The notes: generated from the letters alone by a model not told the origin. A DNA stretch of 64,000 nt from Vermamoeba vermiformis (GCA_045837725.1 JBEWZL010000260.1:248001-312000), one strand, 5' to 3'. Numbered from the stretch's first letter, positions 26,956 through 41,100 are shown. Numbers and translations are program-made.

Positions 26956-28763
26956 ATGAATATTTGCCTGTATACTGTTTTACTTACATCCGCATTGACT
27001 CTTGGATCCGCTCGGGTATTCATCCTCTCAGGATCGAATAATGGCACTGACTTCGAAACAGCTGAGTTCTATAAGAAAGGTACCTTAAATATTCCAAGTT
27101 AGCTATTTTCTCTAACATAACCTGGATCAGGCGACAATTATTCTCGATATTTTGAGCCAATATCAGGAATATTAGTCGATGCCTCCTCGCCCGACATTGT
27201 CAATAAGATTGCTTACCTTAGCAACGTGCCGAAGAGTCAGCTTTGGACGAAGATCTTCGAACTCAAGGCTCGAGGTGTTGTTGGCGTACTCTATGGTGCC
27301 AATTATGGTAATATAACTGCAGTAACTAGTTAATAATAGCGTTTTGTTAATATTCAATATTTGTCAATTTAAAGAACACGCATCCATCGGACAATCTCCG
27401 AAAAATCCTATTGATTGCTCCCATCTCTCATCATATTTTAAATTCAGCCGTTCTTGGTCAAGACTTTTGTAATTGGAACGGAGAAGATATGTCGCAGATC
27501 TTGTTTCCAATAGCGGAGGTTAACTCTGCGAAGTTCGCGCCTGTTATCGCTGAACTTCAAGAAGGCGGTCAGGTCGAAATATATTTAACATCTGAAGGTA
27601 ATAATTGCAATTTTTGATCGATTTAATTTCAACATGTTTTACTTTTGCGGATGGATCAAATTTTGTGTACCTGGTATGGAGGTTACATGTGTACTGATCT
27701 ATTTTTAGGCAATCAATGGGCGTCGATATCACCGATCGCCATTATAGTAGTCTTTAGAGTATTTTTAGGAGGATACTCACTCGCCTTAGTAATTTTTGGG
27801 CTTTGCAAACTCGGAGTTTTTATCAAGCACCAAGGATCTCATTTCAACATCCCTCAAGTCTGCTTAGCTCTTGAAGTTATCGGAAATATGTGTAAGCATA
27901 TGTTATCTATCTATTAGTATTTCTAACGAATGAAAAATAGGGCGAGTAATATATTTAGTGGTAGATCCGCTCGGGTGCAGCTTTGTTTATGGTGCCGCAG
28001 CGAATAGTTTCTTAGACTCAGTTAGTATTCCTTATACTACGGCTACTTTTGTCATTCTATCGTTCTACTGGTACGCGAAGGCAATTTTTAAACGAAATTT
28101 CATAACTTACCGTTTTCGGATGTAGGTACGAAGTTGTCACAGATGCCTCGATAGTTATTTATCCCTTCTTATCCAAACTACGAATTCCTTTTTTCGTTGT
28201 TATGTTGTTACTCATCGCTATGGATATGACGCTCAGCTTGGCTGGATTTTTCTTCGAGTTCTCGACAACGACGCCAATGTCAGTTATCTATTTGATAGTT
28301 AGTGTTGGCTTCTTAATATTCTATATTATAACGCTCGTTCGCGTAATGAAACGAATGAAGATGTCAAAAGAAGTCCGAGGAACTGGCAAGAATATTCATC
28401 GTTTGACTCGCGTACGTTACAATTTCAAAAACTTACTTTAAAATACTAACCCTATATGTTTAGATTAACACGAAGATGATTTTAAATGCCATTAGTCGCT
28501 TTTGTTTCATTGTCGTAGGCATTGCATATATTTTTCCTGCTGTCAATCGTTATCCAACGTCATACACAATTATTTGGGCATTCTTATACTTTACCTTGAC
28601 TACCGACTCATTAATGCGAATATTATTGTTTGAATTACCTTCTGCGCAATCATCGAGCAAGAGATCTGGCACAGATTCAACGCGACTTTCTACAACGAAG
28701 GGCTCTGGCTCTGCTCTGGCTGAAAGCAATCCTAAAACCGATGACGTTAGTCCTGCAGTGTAA
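26956..28763 (+). CDS. Signal peptide + PA-like domain + 7TM protein, paralog 3
   Basis: MNICLYTVLLTSALTLGSA leader; NKIAYLSNVPKSQLWTKIFELKARGVVGVL; LGQDFCNWNGED; same 7TM motifs and intron positions as the other copies. Confidence 0.8.
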
Positions 28764-29098
28764 TCTTCCAGAATTATATCAATAAAATATCCACGAGGAT
28801 GTCACAAAATTGTTTACATCTTTGTCAGATCGGGATCCAACTTAAGTATACCGCCGTCAGGCTATCACATGCTCTATCACAGCATTCAGAACTTCGTATC
28901 TTAGGGCGGAATAACGAGTTGTTTACGTGTAAAAATTAATTTATAATACTGAATTGTTTTCACAAAGGTTGAAAATCTTTGCTGTCATTTGTCATGCGAC
29001 TCAAGGGTCACACGAGATTTTCCATCGCAGTCCCATTCCTCCGTACTGAAACACTTTCAATTATCCGACCCCGCTCACACAAACACAACCACACGAGA

Positions 29099-31056
29099 AT
29101 GACAACGAACTTGAGAACAATCTTTGGCATTACACTTCTCGTATGTGCTTTAGGGATCTGTCAGGCCCGTGTCTTCATCTTCTCTGGTGCTTCCAACGGC
29201 ACTGATTTCGAGAGCGCTCAGTTTTATAGGAAAGGTAATGACTCATGAAAGGTTTCTAACGTTGAACGGTGGACTAACTTTGGGTATAATTTTTTGTAGG
29301 CGAAGACTATTCCAAGGGGTTTGAGCCTCTTGATGGCGTGCTAGTGTATTATAAGAACGAGAATATTACGGGCAAAATAGCTTATTTTACAACGGTTCCG
29401 CCTTCGATCTTTTATCCAACTATCTTTGAGCTGCGAGATCGAGGAGTAATTGGTGTTGTATATGGAGCTGACTGGCGTAAGTACTATTTATTACATGCAA
29501 TGCTCGAGCATTTCAATTCGATTAATAACGTAATTAAGCGGAATAACCTGAGCGACATTGCCAGATCTCGCTCGGATATTTAAATGAGCGAACAAATTTA
29601 ATTTCTGAATTATTATAGGGGTACCTGGCCAAGACTTTTGTTATTGGACTCGCGAAGATGTGTCTCAAATAACGTTCCCAGTAACCGAAGTTAACCGAGA
29701 ATCCCAATTTGATTTAATCCATCAAGAGCTACTCGAAGGGGCTGAAATAGAAATCCGTATGACTTCGGAAGGTAGGTTTATAAGATCTTTCAATAATTAG
29801 AAATTTTGTGAACAAGATCTTGTTTCAATTTTCCAGATCAGGAAGTCTCGAACTACGAAGCTTGCAAGTACTTAATGACGAATTAATAATATTATAGGTA
29901 ACCCATGGACGATAATTTCTGGTTCTGTAACCGTTACCGTTGTCTTCCGTGTGCTTCTTGGCGGATACGCTCTTGCCATGATAATTTTTGGCCTGTACAA
30001 ACTCATTCTATTTATCAACCACCAAGGCCCTCATTTCAACATTCCACAAGTTTGTCTCGGCCTCGAAATCATCGCCAACATGTGTACGTAATCTCTCTCA
30101 TTAATTTATCGATGTGTGCTTACGGCGTTTTTGCCACTTTAGGGCGAGTGATCTACTTGGTGGTAGATCCGCTTGGTTGCCAATTCGTGTATGGGTCGGC
30201 GGCTAACAGCTTCTTAGACTCAGTGAGCATCCCATACACAACAGCTACCTTTGTGATATTGACGTTCTACTGGTAAGTTCCGGGACACGTGTCAATCCTG
30301 CGTTGTGCACGGGTTGGATCCCGCTGACTCAAGGGACCAATTTGTTTCATTGTTACGATACTAATAAGGTGTCGTTAATTTAGGCACGAAATTGTCTCCG
30401 ATGCCTCTATCGCGATCTACCCGTTCTTATCCAAATTGAAGATCCCGTTCTTTGTGATCATGTTGTTACTTATTGCAATGGATATGACACTCAGTTTGGT
30501 TGGCTACTTCTACGACTTCGATACAACGACGTCAATGTCTATCATCTACATCGTTATCAGCTTTGGATTCGTGCTCTTTTACACTATTTCTCTCGTCAAA
30601 GTCATGAAGCGGATGCGTGTCTCAACGGACCTGCGTGGAAGACAAAAGCGCAAACTCAAGTTCTTATCGAAGGTAATACTCAATTTGAAGATTTAAACGG
30701 CTGAATAAGCCTTAAAGATTGCAGAAAAAGATTTGTACTTACGAATCTTGCTCGATCAGGTCAATGCCAAAATGATCTTCAACGGAGTCGCGCAGTTTGG
30801 TGTAGTAGTCGTTGGTATTGCCTACGCATTTCCTTCCGTCAATAGCTATCCAGTTAGCTACATCGTCATTTGGGCTTTCTTGTACTTCATCCTGATCACG
30901 GATTCGTTAGCGCGGATTATCTTGTTCGATATTTCCTCGCGTTCTGCCTCGAGCAAGAAGTCAAGAAGCGATAGTAAACTATCTGAGACTGGTACTGGAA
31001 AATTAACAGAGATTACCAACACTGCTGAGCTCGAGCAAAGTCAAGCAGTCGTTTAA
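29099..31056 (+). CDS. Signal peptide + PA-like domain + 7TM protein, paralog 4
   Basis: MTTNLRTIFGITLLVCALGICQA leader; ITGKIAYFTTVP...IFELRDRGVIGVVY; PGQDFCYWTRED; same 7TM motifs. Confidence 0.8.
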
Positions 31057-31376
31057 ATTGATTTTTAGTGCGTCTATTTTTGTATTATAAATAAAAATTA
31101 TTGCTTGCGATTCAGGATGTGTGTTTTGATCGTGGATGTACACAACATGAAACAAGTATTTTTGAAATTACTCAAGCTTACCGTACACAACAAATGATTT
31201 ACTTCGCCTACTACCATATTTTGTAAGTTTGCACGCAAGATTCTTTTGTGCTACGTCGATCAAACTTTCGATTTTATTTGAAATTCTTGTATGTACAAGA
31301 CGTCCCATACCTGACCAACGACTCAGTTGACGATTTAGCGATGAGAGAGCACTTTTAGCGAACTAAAACCGAAGCG

Positions 31377-32157
31377 ATGGAAGGGTAAGTTGATTTCCGA
31401 GGCGGTAGTCGAAGTTACCGTTGGGGATTGGTACCGTTACTCCATCACTTCCAATCCACAATATATTCCAATTAATGAAACAATTTATTCTTGTAGCACT
31501 GAAAATATATGGGAGATTTTGCCACCCGAAATCGTGTTGAAACTGACTGAATACCTCAGTTTGCAAGATGTGGGACGCTTGACTCTGTTTCCCGCGTACT
31601 AATCGATGCTATAGTACAGGTAATAATAACAAGATTTTTGAGCAATGACTGCAGTTGCTAATATATTACATAAGAACCTGGTGTGGAAGGGGATTTGCAC
31701 ACGTAGGCCTTTCTCGCTCAAAACTATGTTAAAGCACGTTAAATTTGGTCGAACATGGGAGTCTACACGTAGAACTACAAACCTTAACTCATATGAAAAT
31801 GAGCCTAATGCAGATCAGTTCAACTACCGCTTGCTCTTGAAAGAATATTTTATGATTGCAATTTTACGGACGAAACTTCGAACTGAATTAGCTAAATCCG
31901 ATTTTGGTGCATCTTGGGCCGAAATAAGCGTTCTGCAAGAAGATTCGACATCCCAACCTACAGCTCAAACAAACCCTCTTCTCCTATCGCAGTTGTATTA
32001 CTTCGTTGATTGCCCAGCTAAGGAAGGTGTGCCTAAAGAATTTCGCGGCATAAGAATTGCTTACAAGGAAGATCCGCCCGAAACAGGTGTTATCCTAGGC
32101 CTACTGGACACAGTAGTCAACAAATTTGCGTCTGTGTTCGGCATATTTAATAAATAG
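31377..32157 (+). CDS. Small F-box protein
   Basis: WEILPPEIVLKLTEYLSLQDV F-box motif followed by NLVWKGIC; splicing in the middle is ambiguous. Confidence 0.6.
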
Positions 32158-32286
32158 ACTATGTACTACCATTCGTTCGTGTTTTAGACCTTCAACCACG
32201 TGCGATCCCAATTTGAGCAGCAATAAATCACGATTTGATCCGTTTGAACAAATTATTATAATTTTTCAGCCACTACCACAAACACA

Positions 32287-34693
32287 ATGGCAAATAATGA
32301 ATACGTAATTGAATATGCAAAAACTGGCAGATCTTCGGTAAGATTTCTTGGCGCCATCTTGGATGTCCAGTTAGCGATGAAGCTTAAATTGTTTACTTAT
32401 CTGTTCGATGCAGTGCAAATTAAAGGCGTGCAAAGGACTTATCGCAGCTCAAGATATTCGCGTTGGAAAGCAATTTGACTCGTAAGTGCTTCGCAAAAAT
32501 CCGAAAAAATATTCATTTAATAATTACTAATTTAATGAAAGTACTCTTACAAGCACATATTAATTTGGTGCAATTTTATTAATTAATAAAATTATTGTTG
32601 GCATTCTGGTGACATCCCGCCTTTCCTCGCTAATTCCTCGAATTTTATTACTGTAGGTACTTCGGCGACCACAAACAAAATGATTGGTACCACTTAGACT
32701 GTATTTTTGAGTCTTTGGCGAACGCACGTGCCACCACAAAGAAAATCACTTCTGCCGATGATCTGCAGGGCTTTGATCAACTTTCTGAAGCGGATCAGGA
32801 CAAAGTCGCGAGAAAAATCAAAGAATTTAATTCTGGTACGTAACAGCCGTTTTGATTACATTTCACCATTTACGTTTTCGCATCTGGATGTTCTGATCTC
32901 GTTTTCTAGGAGCGATTAAAACCAAGACTAAAGCTAAGACTAAGGCAGTTGATACTAAGCAGACTCAACTTAAATTGAGCCCGACAAAGTCACCAGAGTC
33001 AAACAACAATATCAAAAGCGTGTCAAAGTCACCAACAAAGGCGACCACAACTTTGAAGCCCTTTGCACAAAAAACTAAAGACGATATTGAGGAGCACGGA
33101 GCACCTGCGTATACATGGACCTCTTCATTTATGGATGGTGCTTGGCTCGCGTACCTAGGTCCTCTGATTGAAAAGTTGGTACGTTGTGCAAAATAACCCG
33201 TACTTGCCCACAGTAGGCACAGTAGCTAAGTTAACCTTATTAATTATTATCTATAGGATCCCCAACAGGCAATTTTTAACCAAAAGAAGTCTAATCCTAT
33301 CAATGCACACGCGCTGATCAAGCCATTCGTACTACATCCGCCGAATCAATACAACGTGATCATCGTTAGCACGAGTGATTTGGCACACTCGAATCCTGGT
33401 TATTTATTCGGACCTAAGGACAGTGCTATGACCTTATCCGAGCTCAATGACTCGAGCGACGAAGATCTGCTGCCGATCAAAAACATTGCCATGAGTGTCA
33501 TTCAAAATGCGTCTGAAGAGCAGTTGAATCAGCCTGTGCAAGATTGGATGGAGTGGTGTTATGAGCAAGGTGTTATGTGGCTACCACTGTATCAGAACAC
33601 AAACGACAAAAACGATCTGGCAAACAAATTGGTCAAGGCCTGGCCCGCAATTCTTTTGAAGATTATCAAGATTATTTTAGAGGAAAAGGCTAATGGTCCC
33701 AAGAAAAGAGGATTGGCCTTTGTTTTATTGGGCAAGAAGGCTAGATCTCTCGAACAAATCGTACGCGCGGATCCCGATGTTGTCGACAACTTTTTGCAAA
33801 CTAACAACTCTATTCCAGATTGTACGATATTACAAGTCCATAAGCACGTCCTTGGCTATTAGAATATTGACTGGAAAACATCCGTCGAAGGCTGAGTTCG
33901 ATCCACAAACGCTGTTTTCTGACCTGAACGGAGCACTCGAAGAAACTAACAACAAAGAAATTAAATGGCTCCAAGACGCACGTAAGTTGACTAACAGCAT
34001 TACAATATGGTTCTAATATCATACTTAGCGCAGAAAATGTTCTACTTGAAGACCGAATCTGGCAAACAGATCCCGCTTCCTTTCGATGAACCGATTACTC
34101 TTGGCCGAGGAGATTTACTAGGAATTGACGATAAGAAAGTGAGTCGACAACAAGCGACAGTTGTTGCTAAAACAGATCCAGAGCTGCACGTGGCTGTCAC
34201 TCCAGTAAGTACATCCGATCTCGATCTGAAAAACGGACGTGTTATATTTAATATGTTCTCTATGTAGTTGGGTTCTAATCCAATGTTCTTAATGGACGAT
34301 AATACAATGAAAAGATTGGAAAACAACAAAGTCACAATGGTCTACAAAGACTCTTCGTTCACTTTATGCGCGGCAAAGTACCCATTGCAAGTCATTATGG
34401 ACGTTGCAATTGATCAGCCAAAAAAAGGAGACCCAACTTTGCAAAAGAAATCAAGCACTCCTGTTAAGTCAAAATTGGAAAAGCAATCGAGCGATGGCAA
34501 GAAGCAAGGCGTGAAACGAAAAGCGGAAGAAATCGAAGAAGATGATTGGAGCGCGCAAATTCCTTCAAAACGAGCTAAAAATAGTGAAAAATCGAAGAAC
34601 GATGAAGAAGAGGACTTCAATCCTGACAACGAAGAAGCAGATCCGATGGACAATGTAATCCTTCCTGATAGCGAACATAGCTCTAGTGATTAA
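32287..34693 (+). CDS. PARP-type zinc finger + degenerate uracil-DNA glycosylase fold + aprataxin/PNKP-type FHA + charged tail
   Basis: zf-PARP EYAKTGRSSCKLKAC...IRVG...WYHLDC; UNG-like W..EQGVMWL...LAFVLLGKKA...ILTGKHPS...F....LFSDLN..L....IKW; FHA ITLGRGDLLGIDDKKVSRQQ...LGSNP. The UNG-to-FHA intron (33982-34028) is in frame. Confidence 0.75.
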
Positions 34694-34915
34694 AAGGTAT
34701 TTTTACCGCTTATATTAGACTATTTAGTATTGCTTTTGTTTATTAAGCCCGCATTGCAATTGAAAAAAAAACAAAATTGCCGCCTTTTTTCCTCGATTGA
34801 CTTAAATCACGGTTGTATTGGTCAAAAAAAAGAAAATAAGATAGAAGCTACTAATATAGTAGTTTTATTGTGCTAGTATAACAACTTGAAGCTCTGCAGT
34901 GACAATCCGATCCGC

Positions 34916-35820
34916 TTATTTGTCTGACTTGTGTTTTTGAGCTGCGACAGGACCACTAATAATAAATTAGCTCATATATTTATTATGCTCATAGATATTA
35001 ATATGTTAATATATATTTGATATCTTCATAGAAATTTCGATGACTTACGTTCCGCCAGGCACCAACTAAACGAGAAAAAGGTTTCGTTAAGGAGAAATTA
35101 AAAAAGAATGAACCAATTAAGGTTATTATTAGTGTTATTTAAATAAGGATACGAGAGCGATGTTGTTTCCGTTCAACAAGATCTGATCCAATTTAATTTG
35201 AGTGATTGAGCCGTCGGGGTTAGTCTCGCTGAGCAAATCCAAAGTCAGTACGCGATCAGATCAGGTCTGTTTAGTAATGCTAATTAACTTACAATTCAAC
35301 AACGTCCTCCAAGACCATGTCTGTTGGATTAGTATTTAAGGAAAATAAGATAGAAACAATGAATGGTTGGCGGCATCCGCTACGAATTTTCAAGCAGAAA
35401 ATTAAAAGGCAACAACGTCCTTAAATATGAATAATAAGGATACTGACATATTCATCAAATCCACTAAGCGTTCCAACGAGCTCTTTGTCGCCCTTCATAA
35501 TGATCCAAATCCGTTGTCCAATGCATCGGTCAACAAGCTCTAAAAAAATATTATAAATATACATAGTATTTGTATATTAATATATATGCGAAAATAAGGC
35601 TTTTATTGAATTTGTACAACCAGTCAAAAATATTATAAATTAATTTTTGCATTTAAAATATCTAGAGGCCGTATTCCCGTAATAATATGGACAATAATGC
35701 AATACTCAAAATATATTGAATATTTAATTAATGTATTAATTTCAGCGATTACATTGATCGAGATCGAAACGAAAACTTACCCAACGGCAAAATAGTCTGA
35801 ATTCCTCCTTCACCTTCCAT
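34916..35820 (-). CDS. LSM5: U6 snRNA-associated Sm-like protein LSm5
   Basis: Spliced sequence [56 protein letters not shown]...[19 protein letters not shown]. Confidence 0.95.
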
Positions 35821-36130
35821 ATTTAATTTATTGCTTTAATTATTGTCAATTAAGTGCTCGTTGGTGCTCAGAGTCTGCTAGAACAAAAAAAACTTGAACT
35901 TCGAAATTTTCATCTCGGATGTGGCGCAATAGCTCCAAATAGTCTTGCCCTCGTTTTCTTACTCATTATTGGCCTATTGTGCAAAGCAAATTTAATATCC
36001 TCGGATAGTTAGAGATTGAAGGATCTAGACGAAAAATTGTGTCAAAAATGTCAGTTGTTTATTCCTCGTTGAATCAGCGACCACATTTAGCTAATAATGC
36101 TTTATTAAGACCTTATTGAATAGATTAATC

Positions 36131-38106
36131 ATGGAAACGACTTCCAATCTCGTGCAGATCGGCAAGCTGTGGATAAATTTATCAGCAGCTCGGATTAGCG
36201 AAGTCAGGTTTCGCCAGTTGCCCGGATTATCTGAATTATCATGCTCATTAATTATGGGAGATATTAAATACAACAGCAAAGCAGTATTAGGCCAAAAGAA
36301 AGTGTATCCAGAGCCGATCGGATTGGTCCACGAGTACCTGTGGGACAAAGAATTCGTTTTGTAAGCAAACGATATAACACTTATATAGTCAAGTCATTTT
36401 ATAGCGAAATAGCGATTAAATATTGCAGCAAATCTTTACCTCGGATCTGTCACAAAATCGATTTTGATTTTTGTTTTTTAGAGACGTAGAAAACTTTAAG
36501 CAACCAGTGCGAATCGACATAAACAATGGAAAAGGAGATGTTGTTGGATCTTTCGAGCTTGTTCTTGATAATATAACTCGTGATGAAACGACGGATGTAA
36601 ATGGCGAGATCGAGTATCGAGCTACCAAGGCTACGGAAAAGAGTTTAAGAGCTGCAAGAGTACAAATGCGACGGTCAACATCCAATTTTATGACTTCAAG
36701 CAGAAACGGACAAAATTTAAGTCCGATTTCTCCAATATTTCCGGATGAAGCATTGGATGCGCTACTTGCGGATCAGATCCACATTCGAGCTCATATAGTT
36801 GATTACGCGAACCTAATAGACGTAAGCATAATAACTTTTCAACTATTACGACCGAATTATTGACATTGCAATGTAGATCATCTCGAAGAATTTTATGAGC
36901 GTGACACGCGTCATATGCACGCATATAATAGACGATGAATTGGCAGAGAGTTTATTAACCATATTCGAAGGCCATCCTAATTTCAGACAATTAATGTACA
37001 GCGCTTTGTATGATGAAGTACAGCGAACACAAACAGTAGAAACTTTATTTAGAGTCGATAGCATGGCCACCAAATTAATGAAAAAATATACCAAAAAATA
37101 TGGATCACCTTGGATTATAGAGACGTTAAGGCCACTCGTCGAAAAACTATGGTAATTCGATTTTACATTTTTGCGTTATCAGATCTGACCGTTATTTTAT
37201 GTTACAGCGATAAAGATGTATATATAGAAGTGGACCCCGATAAAATCAAGCCAAATGCAGACCGATTACAACATATCGATAAACTCAAGCAATCAGTTGA
37301 CGCGTTCATGGCGGCTATTGTCGCATCCGAAAAAACTTGCCCTTTGTAAGCTTGAATAATACAATATTGCTAAAAATATGTTAATTTTAATAATATTATA
37401 CTAGGCAAGTAAGAGAACTGTGTCGAATGTTAGTACACGTCGTCAGAACGAAATTTCCGCAGCTCGGTACACGTGTCATCGGAGGATTTTTATTCCTACG
37501 GTATGTCATATAATAGCACAATAATGATACTGCATATAATAGGTCTCACCTACTATCGATAGAGTTATATGCCCGGCAATCACGAGTCCACTAGCGTTTG
37601 GATTAGTCGACACAGATCCGCATCAAAACGCAAAGCGACATCTAGTTTTGATCGCCAAGTTAATTCAGTTAATGGCCAACGGCAATAATTTACGCAAAGA
37701 AAAGTGGGTCGCTGAAGATTTCGAGCAATACTTGCTGAGGCGAGGTCAAGACGCGACATCATTTTGTGACGCTGTCGCGCAAAAGATACCGAACCCACGT
37801 GACAGATCTGACTCACCGTTATCTGAATGGACCTCAGGCGGCATTAATAATAAGACGAGCTTGCCGCACGTTATGATTGCCAGTCAAGCTTTTTCTTCGG
37901 CCGTGGCAAAAAATGCATTGAAGACGCAGCGGATGTCGCAAGCGATGATGACGATCCAAGCGTTAGATAACTTAGCCAAGTCAATATCAAAGCATATTGA
38001 AGTGTTACATAAAGCACTGTCATCAGATCCGCTTGTCGCTGGTCTGTTAAGTGCTGAAATCGAAATGAAATTTTCACCTTTGTTTGAAATACAAAATAAA
38101 CTGTAA
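36131..38106 (+). CDS. C2-like domain + Ras GTPase-activating protein
   Basis: N-terminal C2-like beta-rich region (LWINLSAARI...YLWDKEF); arginine finger TLFRVDSMATKLM; signature GGFLFLRVICPAITSP; LVLIAKLIQLMAN. Confidence 0.88.
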
Positions 38107-38145
38107 AAATAAATCTATATTTAATACGACCCTATTAACGTATCA

Positions 38146-41100
38146 TTATTGAGCCATTTCTTCGTCCAACAAGTTAGCTACACTTCCTGATTTTCTCAAC
38201 TGCGGCATGTTTGCGACCAACGCACCGAGGCTACTTGTGCGCACCAAACCTCTGCTAGTCTTGACTTCACTCACTAAAGACACATCACATTAGTTAATAG
38301 GCGGCAAGGCAATGATATAATAATGCAAGAATTTCGATATTGAGGTGTAGATTTAAAATTTTAGTCGCGTCAACTTACCAGGCTTCTCGGGTTCTTTGGC
38401 CTTCAAATACATCTCGTGCTCAATCGAGTTTTTAATGATCAATCGCACCACAGTCACTTCACCCTTTTGGCCCTGTCTATGTGCGCGTCCAATAGCTTGG
38501 GACTCATATGCTTGAACCTCTGATTTGGATCCGCTCATCGGATCTGGATGTCGAAATTCAGTGAACTGTTCGTTCATGAAATACGATAGAATGCACTTAC
38601 CCATCAAAATCACGTGACTGGCTTCCACGAGATTTGTTCCAGATGCAGCCTTTTCCAAACTTAGTAAAATGACTTTGACCTTCGAGTTGGCAGCTTTGAA
38701 GCTCTGCAGAGCCTTATTCTTTCTGAATATATTGCCCTCAACAAACGCACTTTCAATGCCGTGATTCTCCAGCAAATCTCCGATCTCTTCGAGATACGCT
38801 GGGAACTGTGAAAAATATCCAGTGTTAGCGCTGATGGTGACACGTGTCAAGTTATGCTCAAAAATCAAATTTGCGCGGATTGAATGGTGAGTGAGTAAAA
38901 TATGAACCGAGGACCATAAATATTTCCAAATAAGGAAGTCGCATGTACCTTCGAGAATACAATGGCTCGGGCCTTTTTGTTCTTGTTGAACAAATCTTTC
39001 AAGTACGTGATCAAATGCGCCAATTTCGTGCCTTGCGTGTTGATCAAATGTTCTTTTTCTTCTTCGGGCGTCTATAAAAAACAACAACGATATCGTTAGT
39101 AGGGACCCCAAACAAAGTTCATGTGGCACTCATTATGACACGTGTCAAAATGTCAAACAAAACAAAGTTGTAGCTATGCATGAGGATAAAACCAAAAAAT
39201 TTGACACTTTGACACTTCGAATCACTCTTAATTTTTTCACGGATCCAGTAAAGTTGCCAAATTAGTAAATTGTTAGTACTTACGCGTCTCTTCTTCGTGT
39301 TCTCGCTCAACACGTTCTCAGTAATGGCTCTCGTCGCAGCCTTTTTGCTGGCTCTGTTGCTGCCTCGTCGTCTAACGTTGGTGTTGTTTTCTTCTTCTTT
39401 CTCCGGCACCACTTCACTGCTCTCAGTTAATTTCTTCGCATTGAGCTGAATGTCCGTTTTGTTGTTGTTGTGCGTCACGCCCTGTGAAGAAAATACTTAA
39501 TACATTTTCCTAATTAGGTAGGTAAAAGTTAAGTATATCGTAAAAAATAGAACTTTGAGGTAAAAATTATATTTTGATTGTGATATCTCTTATGACTTAA
39601 TTTGGATATTTTGAATAATTGAATTCTTACCGCTGCAGCGTACCGACGGAACAATTCTTCTTGTCTTTTGATATCCTTTTCATAATTTTTTATGTTTTCC
39701 TCAAGTGCTGCAATTTGATTCAAGTAATATTCTTCATTGAAACGCCCGCTTTTTTCTCCATCTCGTTCCATTCGTTCACGCTGCTGCTCGAGTTGGCTTC
39801 GCTGATATTCAATGCTCCGTTTGTTGGCCTCTATTCGGGAATAATTATTTGCTACTGCCGCCTACAAAATCAAAAGTTAATTTTTCAGTGAAACACAGAT
39901 TCAGTGAAACATTGATTCAGTGAATGAATGGAGGTGTCGTTGCAAAAAAATTGTTTTTTCGATCGTTTTCATGAAAATAAATTGTTGCAAACTTACGCGT
40001 TTCTGCTCAAGTTTTTCTTCACGAATGATGTTCAATGTTTTGCCGATATTTTTCGGCAATTTGCAGCACAATAATTCTTCAGTTTCATCTTTGTTTAGTA
40101 AGTACTTGGGCGCATTTTTGATTTCGTCATAAAGCACTGCTTCAATTGGCGAGAAATTCAACAGCACGACATCTTCGTTGTAATCAGGCACGGAATATTC
40201 CGTTGTCGCTTGTTTGGTATTTCTCCACAACAAATTTTTCACGAGCAAATCATTTTCAATCCAACTACAGGAAAAACAATTATACCAATTAATATTAATT
40301 TGTCTTATTAATTTTTAATAAATATTAACGGTCGATCGCGTTTAATTATCGAACAAAATATCGAATTCGATACTACGTATCGATTTATAATATCTTTTGC
40401 AAATATTCTTTTGAGAAAAAAGTGTTATTACGTACGAAGAATAAAGATTGGCGGCATTTTCCAAGTCCGCGACTTCTGTTTTGGCGCCCAAATAGACTTT
40501 CACTGGCTCAAATAACTCGCTAAATATTGCTAGTGTTAGCTCGCTTATAAATAATTACATCATTATTGTAATTGACGACCACTTACGGATCTGGGAACGG
40601 AGTGCCAGTGACGTACCAACTGAAATTTCGGCTGTAATGCTTGATGATGCCTATAAATAGCAATAATGAATAAGTTTATCTCGTTCAGTGAAAAATCGCT
40701 GCAAACAAATTTTCGACTTATCAATACGCGAGACTAGTCTCGTCATTTCCTAATTTAGTAATGTCTACTACGTACCAGCCAAAAAACCGTCTTTCAATAT
40801 CTCGTGGCCTTCATCGAGTATAATTCTGTGCCAGTGAAAGTGGTCCAGTAACGGCTGCATCACTTTATCGAGATTTTTCTTCTTAGAAATTGACTGCGAA
40901 AGTATTAGAATATTTCCATATATAGTAACGGCAAGGAAATAAGTAAAGTTGATTTAAATGAAAATATTATTATTGTCCTATTAATGTTCCGCCATATATA
41001 CTAGCGGTAGGACAATACTAAATAAGTCAAAATAAAGTACCTCGAATGAATTCATCACCCAACCCAAAGCGCGTTTTTCAGGCGCGTCACCAGCCATGCT

